This document shows, in pieces, positions 36,728 through 46,086 of a stretch of DNA of 64,000 bases (positions are counted from its first letter, which is position 1; each line of letters opens with the position of its first letter). The DNA is taken from positions 3,840,001-3,904,000 of the forward strand of contig OY762492.1 of NCBI GenBank assembly GCA_963665845.2, in the 5' to 3' direction. The DNA comes from Candidatus Poribacteria bacterium (GTDB lineage: Bacteria; Poribacteria; WGA-4E; GCA-2687025). Position numbers and translations under genes: made by a program. The notes below the pieces were generated by a model. That model saw only the letters and a program-made list of their open reading frames with translations. It was not told the origin of the DNA and searched no databases.

Positions 36728-39700
36728 TTATTTCAAGACGACCATGCGCCGCATCGCTGAAAACGACCCCGCCTCTATGCGGACATAGTATATGCCGCTG
36801 GCTGTTGGTTCGCCAAGGGCGTTGCGTCCGTCCCAGTGGGCAGCTTTGGACCGGCTGCGGTAGGCGCCCGCCGGCAACTGCCCCAACTCCAGCGCGCGAA
36901 CCGTTTGACCCGCCGCGTTGTAGATCGTTATCGTCACGCGGCTCGCTTCCGACAGATCGAACGGGATCCAGGTTTCTGGGTTGAACGGGTTTGGGTAATT
37001 CGGCAAGAGAGACGACTCGGTCGGCACGGCGGTTGCCAGCAGCTGACCAATGTCGATGCGCCCCGATGAGGCGGTCTCTTTATCCAGTACGATGCGGACT
37101 GTACGGACGCCGCCGAATCTCCCGCTCGAATCGGAAACGCGCAGGTCGAACGCGTCGCCGACGGCGTAGCTGTCCCCTGTCAACGCCAAAAGCGGCAGGG
37201 AGAAACGGCCCGAAACGGACGATCTGCCCGCCAGGTCAGACGCGGTCTGTCCAGTCTGCAGGTTCGTAATGGAAACCTCCAAGCCGTTCAGTGGCGTCAA
37301 ATTATCCTCCCGCGCGACAGAACCTTCCACCACGAGAAGCGGCGTCGACGACGGATCGTACGCTGCTAAAGGCGCGGCGGTGGAAGCGGCGTCGTTTTTC
37401 CATGCGCCGCCATCGAAGGTCAAAACCGTTTCGGCTTCCGCGAAGACGATATAGCCTTCGGCGCCTTTTGCCGCGGCGGTTGAGTCGGTCGAGTCTGCGA
37501 AGAGGGCGTTGCCGGCATCGTCCACCTGAAGAGCGAGAACGAGCAGCGAATCCGTTGAAAGCGCCGCCAAATCGCCGATTGTCTCAATGGAGCCGATGCG
37601 GGTGACGCCAATCAGGTTGATGCCGACGCGCAGCGGAACTTCAGGCGTCAAAAGACCGCCTGTGAACGTAACCGCCTTCGCATTTCTCATGGAGGCGATG
37701 ACAGCGGTTCCGTCAGCCAACGGAAGATCGGAACTGGAACCGGCGAGGCTGTCCACATAGGCGATGAAACGTCCCGACTCGCGCGAATACGCCAAAAGGA
37801 ACTCAACATCTTGAAAACCGCCCAACACGTTATATAAGCCGCTCAAACGCTCTGCCCGCGCATCGTTCACGGGGACATGCAGCATGTTGAGACCCTGTCG
37901 CAGGTTGACCGTAAACGAAGTGGAGCGCACGATCTCGACCGAGTAGGCGTCAGAAGCGGCGTTTCCGTTGCCGGCGGAATCTTGCGCGGCATCGGCGCCA
38001 ATCGACACGGTCAACACACCCTGGAAATCATCGGCGGGCGTGATCTCGACGGCATAATCCATCCCTTTGCCGGACGCCTTCGCCGAACCGCCGACTACGG
38101 CAACATCGGACGACGCAAAGCCGTTGACCGACTCGCTGAACGTTATCGTCAAATTCAGCGGCGCGGGACCGAGAGGTCCGCTTGGACCCTCGATAGAGAC
38201 AGTTGGGGCGGTCTGGTCAACCTGAACCTCATAGACGTTCGATGCTTGAGAGCCGTTGCCGACATCATCCGCCGCCGCGCCGGCGGCGATAGAAACGGTC
38301 AGCGTTCCTTCAAAATCGTCGTCAGGATCTATCGAGACCGTATAAGCCATCCCGCTGCCCTCAACTGAAGCGGCGGTTCCGCCCTCAACCGAGACGTCAT
38401 CGGCATCGAAACCTGTTACCTCTTCGCTGAACGCGACCGAAACATCAAACGGCGCGCCGTTCACCGGACCCTCCGGACCTGTAACGGCGGCGGTCGGGCT
38501 GTCGCTGTCGATGGCGATTTCATAAGTATTGGAGGCTTCGTTCATGTCGCCGTCCGCGTTCTGGACGGAGCCTGCAGGCAGCGACACGGTCGCTTTTTCG
38601 GCGTCCGCGTTAGGCGTGATCGAGACGGCGTACGCGGCGCCAGAGCCTGTGGGTTCAGCGGCGGTTCCGCCCGCGACGGCGAGGTCGGACGCCTCAAGCC
38701 CTGTCACGTTCTGATTGAAGGCGATCGTAATCTCAAACGCGCCTGTGCCGATCGGACCCTCCGGACCTGCGATGTTTGCGGTCGGGTCGCCGAGATCGAC
38801 CGTCGCTTCAAACGAGGCGGCGAGGCTGTCTTCCTTGTCGGCGCTCTGCGCGGCGCCTGCAGGTATCGAAACCGTGACAGCGCCCTCGAAAAGCGGCGTC
38901 AAAGCGATCGCCGCCGTGTAGACCGCGCCGCTGCCGGTCAAGGAGGAGACGGAACCGTTTGTTACCGTGATGTCGGACGCCTCAAAGCCGGTCACCGCCT
39001 TGCTGAAGGTGATTGTCGCGTCGAAGGAGCCGTCAACCGCGTCGGTAGGACCTGTTATCGTCACGGTCGGCGGGTCGCCAATCTCCAGCTCCTGCATTAA
39101 GACGTCTACCCAGGAGCCGCAGCTGATGAGCGTTTTGCCGTCCGCCGTGAACGTCAAAGCGCGGACGGAGCCGCGGTGCCGGCTATTGCCGGGATCGGTC
39201 AAGGCGCCGGTTGAGAGCGGATCGGTTGCGCCGCCGTACGTCGCCTGCAGTTTGCCGGTTCCGACGCTCCAAACGCGCCGCGTCCCTCCCGCGTCGCCCG
39301 TTACGAGCGAGGCGCCATTCGGCGAGAAGAGGACAGCGGTCGCCGCGCCCGTATGTCCCTCTAACGTATGAAGAAGGGCGCCGGTCGTCACGTTATAAAT
39401 GCGCGCTTTTCCATCCTCCGAGGCGGTCGCCAACATGTTATTGCTGGGAGAAACGGCGACAGCGCGAACGGCGCCGCCATGCCCCTTCAGCGTCTGGGCG
39501 AGCGCGCCCGTCGATACATAATAGAGGCGCGCCGTGTTGTCTTCAGAACCGGTCGCCAGCAAGGCGCCGTCAGAGGAGAACGAAACGGCGCCGACGGTTC
39601 CCGTATGACCCGTCAGCGTATGAACAAGGGCGCCGGTCGATGCGTTCCAGAGGCGCGCCGTGTTGTCTTGAGAGCCGCTGGCGATGAGGCTGCCGTCAGG

Positions 39701-42700
39701 CGAATAGACGGCGGCGGTCGTCCAGTCGGTATGACCCTTGAGCGTATGGGCAATCAGGCCGTTCTCGGCGTCCGAAATCTGGAGGACGATATTCGAGCCG
39801 GCGCTGACAATCTGCTTGCCGTCGGGCGACAGGTCGCCGTCCAAAACCCAGTGCTGACCCTGCTTCAGCGACTTGGAAAGCGCCGCGCGTTTGGCGGTCA
39901 GGTCAACATCCCAGAGGTCGACATACCCTGTCAGGCGGGCGTTGATCAACTTCGTTCCGTCGGATGAAAAGCGGATCGATTCGAGGTTGGTACGATACGG
40001 ATCAATGACGACAGGCGAATCGGTCGAGTCCGTCGGAAAGGTCGGATCTTTCGGGAGAACAATCCTCCACACGCGAACCGTATTGTCATCGGAGCCGCTG
40101 GCAAGCTTCTTTCCGTCCGGCGAAAAAGCGACCGAATTGACAGCGTCTGTATGCGCCGCGATGGTCTGGATGAGCCCGCCCGTGGAGGCGTTCCAGATCT
40201 TGATAGCGTTGTCGGCGCCGCCGCTGGCGACCAGCGCTCCGTCCGGCGAAAAGTCGACCGAATTAACGGCGCTCCCATGCGCCAGCGTATGCAAGGCGGT
40301 AGGCGTGGATGTGGAGAGATCCCAGATATTGACCTTTTTGTATGTTTGGATTGAGGTTAGGTATCCGCTGACAAGTTTCGTTCCGTCATGATTGAAAGCG
40401 AGAGAAGCCATAACGCCCCTGGACGGCAGATCGCGCAGTTTTGTGGGCGTAGATGTGGAAACATCCCATATCTGAATGCCGGGATTTTGAAGGCCGGTAT
40501 CTTTTCCGGCGGCGATTTTCGTGCCGTCATGGTTGAAGACGGCGACTATGCCCGCTCCAGGCAGCGTGTGGAGAAGCGCGCCGGTGGAGGCGTTCCAGAT
40601 CTTGATGGCGTAGTCGTTTCTGCTCGCGCTGACGATTCTTGTTCCGTCATGGTTGTATGCGACGGAAATGACATCGTTTGCATGCCCTGTGTCGCCGGTC
40701 TTTGGCAGCGTGTGGAGGTTGTTGCCGGTGGAGGCGTTCCAGATCTTCACGGTATCGTCGGCGCTTCCGCTGGCGATCTTCGTTCCGTCATGGTTGTATG
40801 CGACGGAATTGACCAAGCTTGTATGGCCGCCTGTCATCGCGCGGATTTCTGCGCCGGTGGAGGCGTTCCAGATCTTGACAGCGTTGTCGTTGTCGCCGCT
40901 GACAATCTCTGTCCCGTCCGGCGACCATGCGACAGAATAGACATCGTCCGTATGCGAAGAGATGATCTCTGGGACGTCCCAGAGCCGGATCGTGTCGTCG
41001 TCGCTGCCGCTGACCAGCCTCGCCCCGTCCGGCGAAAAGTCAACCCCGCGGACGCTGCCGGCATGTCCTGTCAGCGTGCTGATGAGCGTTCCTGTGGAGG
41101 CGTTCCACATTTTGATGACGTTGTCTAAGTGTCCGCTGGCGACCTTCGTCCCGTCCGGCGACCACGCCGCGAAATTAGGTAAACTTGTATGCGTCAGCGT
41201 GTGCAGCTCGTCGGGCGTTGCGAGCGAGACATCCCATATCACAACGGAGTCAGTAACGTTACATGTGAGGAGTTTCGTACTGTCATGATTATACGCCACG
41301 GAAAACACATTGCTAATTGACAGCGTGTGGACTTCAGCGCCGGTGGAGGCGTTCCAGATCTTGACGGAGGCGGAGGCGCCGCTCGCAATTCTCGCGCCGT
41401 CATGGCTGAACGCAACGGAATAGACATCGTTGCTATGTCTTATCGTGCGGATGAGCGCGCCGGTGGAGGCGTTCCAGATCTTGACGGTGTCGTCCGAGCT
41501 GCCGCTCGCGAGTCTTGTTCCGTTATGGTTGAACGCCACCGATAGGACAACGCCTGCGTGGTCTGTTATCGTGCGGATGAGCGCGCCGGTGGAGGCGTTC
41601 CAGATCTTGACGGTGTTGTCATTGCCTCCGCTCGCGATTCGCGTTCCGTTATGGTTGTACGCTACGGAACGAACCTTGCCGGTATGCCCCCGCAGCGTTG
41701 CGATGGGGGCGGTTATGTCGTAGGCGTTCCAGATCTTGACAGTGTTGTCGGCGCTTCCGCTGACAATTCTTGTCCCGTCCGGCGAATAGTCAACCGAATA
41801 GACAACGTCTGTATGAGGTACTTCGGCGTTCCAGATCTTGACGGAGTTGTCTTTGCTGCCGCTGGCGATCTTCGTTCCGTCCGGCGAAAAGGCGACCGAC
41901 ATGACGTCGTCCGTATGTCCGCTCAGCGTTTTGATGAGGACGCCGGTGGCGGCGTTCCACATCTTAACGGTGTCTTCAGAGCTTCCGCTGGCGATCCACG
42001 TTCCGTCCGGCGAGAAGTCGACGCTAAAAACTTGACCCCCATGCGTCAGCGTATGCAAGGCGGTCGGCGTGGATACGGAGAGATTCCATATCTTGATCTT
42101 TTGGTTTGCAGCTTCTGTGCCGGAGCTTCCGCTGACCAGTCTCGTTCCGTCATGATTGAAATCGGTCTGTCGAACGTTATTTACGGTCAGATCATACGCT
42201 TTTGAGGGATTGCCTGAAGTTGGGATATTCCATATCCCAACTCCGCCCAAGTATGTGCCGGCGAATTTCGTTCCGTTATGGTTGACCGAAACTTTAGAGC
42301 CCGCTCCGGTCCCCGTATAGTTGAGCTGGCCGGTGGAGGCGTTCCAGATCTTGATATCGATGAGGTTGTCCACACTGAAGATTTTCTTTCCGTCCGGCGA
42401 CCATGCGACCGAATTGACAGTCTGGGTATGACTCAGCGATCGGATGAGCGCGCCGGTGGAGGCGTTCCAAACCTTGGCGGATCTGTCCCTGCTGCCGCTG
42501 AAGATTTTCGTTCCGTCCGGCGACCATGCGACCGAATGGACTTCGTCTGTATGCCCGTTAATTGTGCGGATGAGCGCGCCGGTGGAGGCGTTCCAGATCT
42601 TGACGGTGTCGTCTTTGCTGCCGCTGACGATTTTCGTTCCGTCCGGCGACCATGCGACCGAACGGACTTCGTCTGAATGTCCGTCGTTTCCTCCTCCTGG

Positions 42701-42814
42701 GATGGTGAGAATCTGCCCTTCAGCGCTTCCGCTCATGAAGCAGAATGCCGCTGCTGTCAATATCGTTAAAATGCTTGCCGTCCGCCGCGCTGTGTTCGTT
42801 CTCGTGTCGGTCAT
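36728..42814 (-). CDS. Giant secreted WD40 protein: 4x7 WD40 blades, 4 Ig-like domains, 'GLNM' domain, C-terminal FlgD-Ig/T9SS-A-like domain
   Basis: GGAG RBS, signal peptide, 28 WD-like repeats, PTVTITGP...FS..VTGF x4, YPNPFNPETWIP...VLK. Confidence 0.92.
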   Translation of the reverse strand: MTDTRTNTARRTASILTILTAAAFCFMSGSAEGQILTIPGGGNDGHSDEVRSVAWSPDGTKIVSGSKDDTVKIWNASTGALIRTINGHTDEVHSVAWSPDGTKIFSGSRDRSAKVWNASTGALIRSLSHTQTVNSVAWSPDGKKIFSVDNLIDIKIWNASTGQLNYTGTGAGSKVSVNHNGTKFAGTYLGGVGIWNIPTSGNPSKAYDLTVNNVRQTDFNHDGTRLVSGSSGTEAANQKIKIWNLSVSTPTALHTLTHGGQVFSVDFSPDGTWIASGSSEDTVKMWNAATGVLIKTLSGHTDDVMSVAFSPDGTKIASGSKDNSVKIWNAEVPHTDVVYSVDYSPDGTRIVSGSADNTVKIWNAYDITAPIATLRGHTGKVRSVAYNHNGTRIASGGNDNTVKIWNASTGALIRTITDHAGVVLSVAFNHNGTRLASGSSDDTVKIWNASTGALIRTIRHSNDVYSVAFSHDGARIASGASASVKIWNASTGAEVHTLSISNVFSVAYNHDSTKLLTCNVTDSVVIWDVSLATPDELHTLTHTSLPNFAAWSPDGTKVASGHLDNVIKMWNASTGTLISTLTGHAGSVRGVDFSPDGARLVSGSDDDTIRLWDVPEIISSHTDDVYSVAWSPDGTEIVSGDNDNAVKIWNASTGAEIRAMTGGHTSLVNSVAYNHDGTKIASGSADDTVKIWNASTGNNLHTLPKTGDTGHANDVISVAYNHDGTRIVSASRNDYAIKIWNASTGALLHTLPGAGIVAVFNHDGTKIAAGKDTGLQNPGIQIWDVSTSTPTKLRDLPSRGVMASLAFNHDGTKLVSGYLTSIQTYKKVNIWDLSTSTPTALHTLAHGSAVNSVDFSPDGALVASGGADNAIKIWNASTGGLIQTIAAHTDAVNSVAFSPDGKKLASGSDDNTVRVWRIVLPKDPTFPTDSTDSPVVIDPYRTNLESIRFSSDGTKLINARLTGYVDLWDVDLTAKRAALSKSLKQGQHWVLDGDLSPDGKQIVSAGSNIVLQISDAENGLIAHTLKGHTDWTTAAVYSPDGSLIASGSQDNTARLWNASTGALVHTLTGHTGTVGAVSFSSDGALLATGSEDNTARLYYVSTGALAQTLKGHGGAVRAVAVSPSNNMLATASEDGKARIYNVTTGALLHTLEGHTGAATAVLFSPNGASLVTGDAGGTRRVWSVGTGKLQATYGGATDPLSTGALTDPGNSRHRGSVRALTFTADGKTLISCGSWVDVLMQELEIGDPPTVTITGPTDAVDGSFDATITFSKAVTGFEASDITVTNGSVSSLTGSGAVYTAAIALTPLFEGAVTVSIPAGAAQSADKEDSLAASFEATVDLGDPTANIAGPEGPIGTGAFEITIAFNQNVTGLEASDLAVAGGTAAEPTGSGAAYAVSITPNADAEKATVSLPAGSVQNADGDMNEASNTYEIAIDSDSPTAAVTGPEGPVNGAPFDVSVAFSEEVTGFDADDVSVEGGTAASVEGSGMAYTVSIDPDDDFEGTLTVSIAAGAAADDVGNGSQASNVYEVQVDQTAPTVSIEGPSGPLGPAPLNLTITFSESVNGFASSDVAVVGGSAKASGKGMDYAVEITPADDFQGVLTVSIGADAAQDSAGNGNAASDAYSVEIVRSTSFTVNLRQGLNMLHVPVNDARAERLSGLYNVLGGFQDVEFLLAYSRESGRFIAYVDSLAGSSSDLPLADGTAVIASMRNAKAVTFTGGLLTPEVPLRVGINLIGVTRIGSIETIGDLAALSTDSLLVLALQVDDAGNALFADSTDSTAAAKGAEGYIVFAEAETVLTFDGGAWKNDAASTAAPLAAYDPSSTPLLVVEGSVAREDNLTPLNGLEVSITNLQTGQTASDLAGRSSVSGRFSLPLLALTGDSYAVGDAFDLRVSDSSGRFGGVRTVRIVLDKETASSGRIDIGQLLATAVPTESSLLPNYPNPFNPETWIPFDLSEASRVTITIYNAAGQTVRALELGQLPAGAYRSRSKAAHWDGRNALGEPTASGIYYVRIEAGSFSAMRRMVVLK

Positions 42815-42937
42815 GCCGTTCTCCAAATAGTTTGAAACGCCGATCTATGATGGAATATCTTACCGCCTTCCGCTTCGCATTGCAATAACGAATCGGCTGC
42901 GCGCCTCGTTCCCTTTTTAAAGGGCAGCGGTTTCCTA

Positions 42938-43012
42938 GACTCCCCTTGAAAAGGGGGATGGGGGGGTTTTCTGGACTCCCCCCTTTGTAAGGGGGGCAGG
43001 GGGGGTTTTCCG
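42938..43012. repeat. Tandem CCCCTT-N4-AGGGG hairpin repeats
   Basis: CTCCCCTTGAAAAGGGGG and CTCCCCCCTTTGTAAGGGGGG each followed by a G run. Confidence 0.75.
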
Positions 43013-43026
43013 CGGGCAAGGCGCCC

Positions 43027-43302
43027 GTCTGAACTAGGATTTTCAGGATTGAAAAGATTGCCAAGATCAGGAGGTTTTGGGGAATGCGTACGGTTTTGAG
43101 CGGACTCTGGATTCCCGCGCGTTTTACCGCAGGGGCGGGAATGACGCGGAGGGGAGCCGCGTCCGATTCCCCCCTTGAAAAGGGAGGTTAGGCGGGTTGC
43201 GCTTGGTTTGAACTAGGATTGAAGGATTCGTAAGATTTTCAGGATAGCGTTTTCGGGAATTCTCTTGGCAATCTTTTCAATCTTGGCAATCCTAGTTCAG
43301 AC
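43027..43302. repeat. Composite element bounded by 40-bp inverted repeats built of 9-mers
   Basis: 43027-43066 vs reverse complement of 43263-43302: 37/40 identical; third direct copy 43206-43245; encloses a REP variant and a CCCCTTGAAAAGGG hairpin. Confidence 0.8.
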
Positions 43303-43347
43303 GACCACTGCGGCGCCTTTGCCCATGTCCTAACTTTAGGCGTCAGG

Positions 43348-44343
43348 CTAACGTATATCCATATCGCTGCTGTGTCCAGGGAAGATCTTGCTGGACGGAT
43401 CGATGCGGTTCTTGGCGTAGTTGACGGCGATGGCAACCTCTCCGACGCCGGTCGCAATCAGTTTCAGCTTGCCGTCGCGCGAGATCACATCTCCCGCCGC
43501 AAAAACGCCCGGGCGGTTCGTCTGCATATGATCGTCCACCAGAATCAGATTTTTATCCAGCTCAAGCTCCCAGGTCTTGATGGGACCGATGTCCGACTTG
43601 AACCCGATGCACACCACCAGTTCATCCGCCTCTATCCGCTTCAATTCATCCGTCTTTGTGTTGCGCAGCGTCAGCGCCTCCAGCCGATCCTCCCCGTGCG
43701 CCTCCTGGACGACCTCCCAGAGCATGAACTCCACCGGCAGCTGCATGGCGGCGCGGACGCTGCCTTCATGGGCGCGGAACACGTCGCGGCGGTGAACGAC
43801 GCGCAAGCTTTTGGCGACCGGCGCCAGATGAAGCGTCCAGTCGATAGCGGTGTCCCCCCCGCCGACGATGACAACATCCTTGCCTTTATATTTTTCCTGC
43901 CCCCGCACAACATATTCAACGCCGGCGCCGACCAGCTCATTCACCCCAGGGCTGGACAGCTGCGTCGGCCGAAGCGATCCGATGCCCGCCGCGATGATGA
44001 CGGTCTTGGTGTAATGGCGCGCCGCGTTGGTCTGGATGATGTAGAGATCGTCCGCTTCGTCGTATTCAAGCGACTCGGAACGCTCCTCAAGGCAGACCGC
44101 CGGATCTTTCCAGAGCGCCTGGTCAACCATGTCTTTGACAAGGTCTTTCGCCAGCACCTTCGGAAAGCCGGGCATGTCGTAGATGTACTTTTCGGGATAC
44201 AGCGCCGTCAACTGCCCGCCCAGCTCCGCCAGGCTGTCGATGATCTTCGTCTTGCATTCGCGCACGCCCGCGTAAAAGGCTCCGAACAGACCGATCGGAC
44301 CGCCGCCGATAATCGTGATGTCGTAAACGTCGCGCCCTGCCAC
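43348..44343 (-). CDS. Ferredoxin--NADP(+) reductase, TrxR-type (YumC-like)
   Basis: IIGGGPIG, GGQLTALYPEKYIYD, GGGDTAIDW, FAAGD, KLIATG, PGHSS; no CxxC. Confidence 0.92.
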   Translation of the reverse strand: MAGRDVYDITIIGGGPIGLFGAFYAGVRECKTKIIDSLAELGGQLTALYPEKYIYDMPGFPKVLAKDLVKDMVDQALWKDPAVCLEERSESLEYDEADDLYIIQTNAARHYTKTVIIAAGIGSLRPTQLSSPGVNELVGAGVEYVVRGQEKYKGKDVVIVGGGDTAIDWTLHLAPVAKSLRVVHRRDVFRAHEGSVRAAMQLPVEFMLWEVVQEAHGEDRLEALTLRNTKTDELKRIEADELVVCIGFKSDIGPIKTWELELDKNLILVDDHMQTNRPGVFAAGDVISRDGKLKLIATGVGEVAIAVNYAKNRIDPSSKIFPGHSSDMDIR

Positions 44344-44382
44344 CCCGGCCTCCTGACGTTAAGAAAATAAGAACCGCCCCTG

Positions 44383-44411
44383 ATTGTAAAGCAATCGGCG
44401 CCGAACGTCAA
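44383..44411 (-). promoter_or_regulatory. Putative sigma70 promoter of FNR gene
   Basis: TTGACG-17 nt-TACAAT on minus strand. Confidence 0.65.
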
Positions 44412-44420
44412 CCGAGACCT

Positions 44421-44576
44421 CTGACCTTACGTCTTAAGTTGGGACATGTCGGCATGCGAACGCGGACGTCTTCTGCGACGCCTCTAGATTCCCGCTTACG
44501 CGGGAATGCATGTCCTCGCGGAAGCGGGGAACGATCTGGTCTGCGAGGCATTTATTCATGGAAAAAGGCGTTGCCA
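44421..44576 (-). repeat. Reverse copy of the MITE-like element between divergent promoters
   Basis: CTGACCTTACGTCTTAAGTTGGGAC...ATTCCCGCTTACGCGGGAAT (44488-44507). Confidence 0.85.
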
Positions 44577-44589
44577 TAAGCGCACAGGG

Positions 44590-44618
44590 TTGACACGCAG
44601 GGCGCTCCCGACTAGACT
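44590..44618 (+). promoter_or_regulatory. Putative sigma70 promoter of sixA
   Basis: TTGACA-17 nt-TAGACT. Confidence 0.65.
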
Positions 44619-44658
44619 CTCCGCAGCGAAACTGCATTTTGAAAAGCGGGGAATTCCG

Positions 44659-45330
44659 ATGAAAACGTTGATCGTATGGCGCCACGCGAAATCGTCCCAC
44701 TCCGCGCATGACGTAAACGACCATGACCGAAAGCTGTCCAAGCGCGGACGAAAAGACGCCAAGCGCATCGGCAAGCATTGGAGGAGGCAGGGCTGTCTGC
44801 CCTCTTTTATTGTCGCCTCAACAGCTCCGCGCGCCTACGACACCGCCGCGCTGGCGCTCAAAAAGGCGCTGAAAGGCGCCTCCAAAGAAGAAAAAAGCGA
44901 ACACATCCTCTGCGCAGACCAGCGGCTGTACCTGTCCAGCGCGGCGGATCATCTGACCGTTCTGCGCGAGATAAACGACGATCATGACACAGCCGCCGTC
45001 TGCGGACATAACCCCGCTTTGGAGGCGCTCGTCTATGCGTTGACAGGCGAAGCGGTCAGCATGCCGACCGGCTCTTACGCGGAGATACGTCTTAATATAG
45101 AGCGCTGGGCGGAGCTGGCTGAAGGGGGGCATTGTCTGAAGAGCTTCAGCTTCGTTGCGGGAGCGAAGGAGCTCGAAGAGATGGAGGCGCAGCAGAACGC
45201 GCAAGCCATCGGCGAGGAGATCGGTCGGCTTTTGAGCGGAAAGGCGCTGAAGCGGGTCGCCAAGACGATCGGATCGCGCAAGGAATTTCTGAAGACGCTG
45301 GCGGCGGAGCTTTCTAAAGCGAAAAAGTAG
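44659..45330 (+). CDS. sixA: SixA-like phosphohistidine phosphatase with C-terminal helical extension
   Basis: MKTLIVWRHAKS...DHDRKL..RG, STAPRA..T, GHNP. Confidence 0.85.
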   Translation: MKTLIVWRHAKSSHSAHDVNDHDRKLSKRGRKDAKRIGKHWRRQGCLPSFIVASTAPRAYDTAALALKKALKGASKEEKSEHILCADQRLYLSSAADHLTVLREINDDHDTAAVCGHNPALEALVYALTGEAVSMPTGSYAEIRLNIERWAELAEGGHCLKSFSFVAGAKELEEMEAQQNAQAIGEEIGRLLSGKALKRVAKTIGSRKEFLKTLAAELSKAKK

Positions 45331-45361
45331 CGCAAGGCGGTTTGAATCCGCCGCATACATG

Positions 45362-45390
45362 TTGACACGGTCAAAAGTTTTGAGTAGACT
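45362..45390 (+). promoter_or_regulatory. Putative sigma70 promoter
   Basis: TTGACA-17 nt-TAGACT. Confidence 0.65.
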
Positions 45391-45434
45391 AACGGGTGAA
45401 TCGGAAACAAGGCTTAATTTCGAAAGGAGCTGCT

Positions 45435-46067
45435 TTGTTCAGAGTTATTGCGACGGCCATTACGGCGTTCGCCTTCACAGCGGGATTCGCGCTTCAAGCG
45501 GACGCCGAGACATTCCTCATTCTCGATGAAAACGTGGACGACGTTCTCGCCGTTCTCACCAGCGGAGGCGGCACCGCCTCCAAAACAGACGACGCGTACA
45601 TGGGCAGCGAAGCGCTGTACGTTCAATCAACGGGCGGCGACGGGCAGAAGTTCAACCCGAACATTCCCGGCTGGGCGTTCCAGATTGTTGAAAATCCGTC
45701 TGCCGACAACGAGTTTCGTTACCTCACGTTCGCGTGGAAAAAAGACGGCGGAAGAGGCATCCAGCTGCAGATGCATCGCAATCCCGGCGGCTGGGGATAC
45801 CGGTACCATGCCGGCGCCCTCGTTCATAACTGGGTTCCGTCCCTTTCGGTTGACGAGGAGATACCCGCCGTGTGGACGGAGGTCACCAAAGACCTGTTCG
45901 ATGACTGGGGCGCCTTCGGCATAAGCGGGATGGCGTTCACCGCCTGGGACGGCGCCGGCGGTTACTGGGACACGGTCTATCTTCACACCGACCCGACGCC
46001 GCCCACCTCGGTGGAGCCGCAGGGCAAGCTCGCCTCCTCCTGGGCGGAACTGAAAGCGGGCCGCTAA
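45435..46067 (+). CDS. Secreted Trp-rich beta-sandwich-like protein with VEPQGKLASSWAELK C-terminus
   Basis: AAGGAG RBS before TTG 45435; signal peptide ending ADA; paralog of next gene. Confidence 0.8.
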   Translation: MFRVIATAITAFAFTAGFALQADAETFLILDENVDDVLAVLTSGGGTASKTDDAYMGSEALYVQSTGGDGQKFNPNIPGWAFQIVENPSADNEFRYLTFAWKKDGGRGIQLQMHRNPGGWGYRYHAGALVHNWVPSLSVDEEIPAVWTEVTKDLFDDWGAFGISGMAFTAWDGAGGYWDTVYLHTDPTPPTSVEPQGKLASSWAELKAGR

Positions 46068-46086
46068 GGTCTGTTTGGAGGCGGAC

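Noticed and set aside
43348-44343. Thioredoxin reductase trxB
   Set aside because: No CxxC; YPEKYIYD and C-terminal HSS indicate FNR
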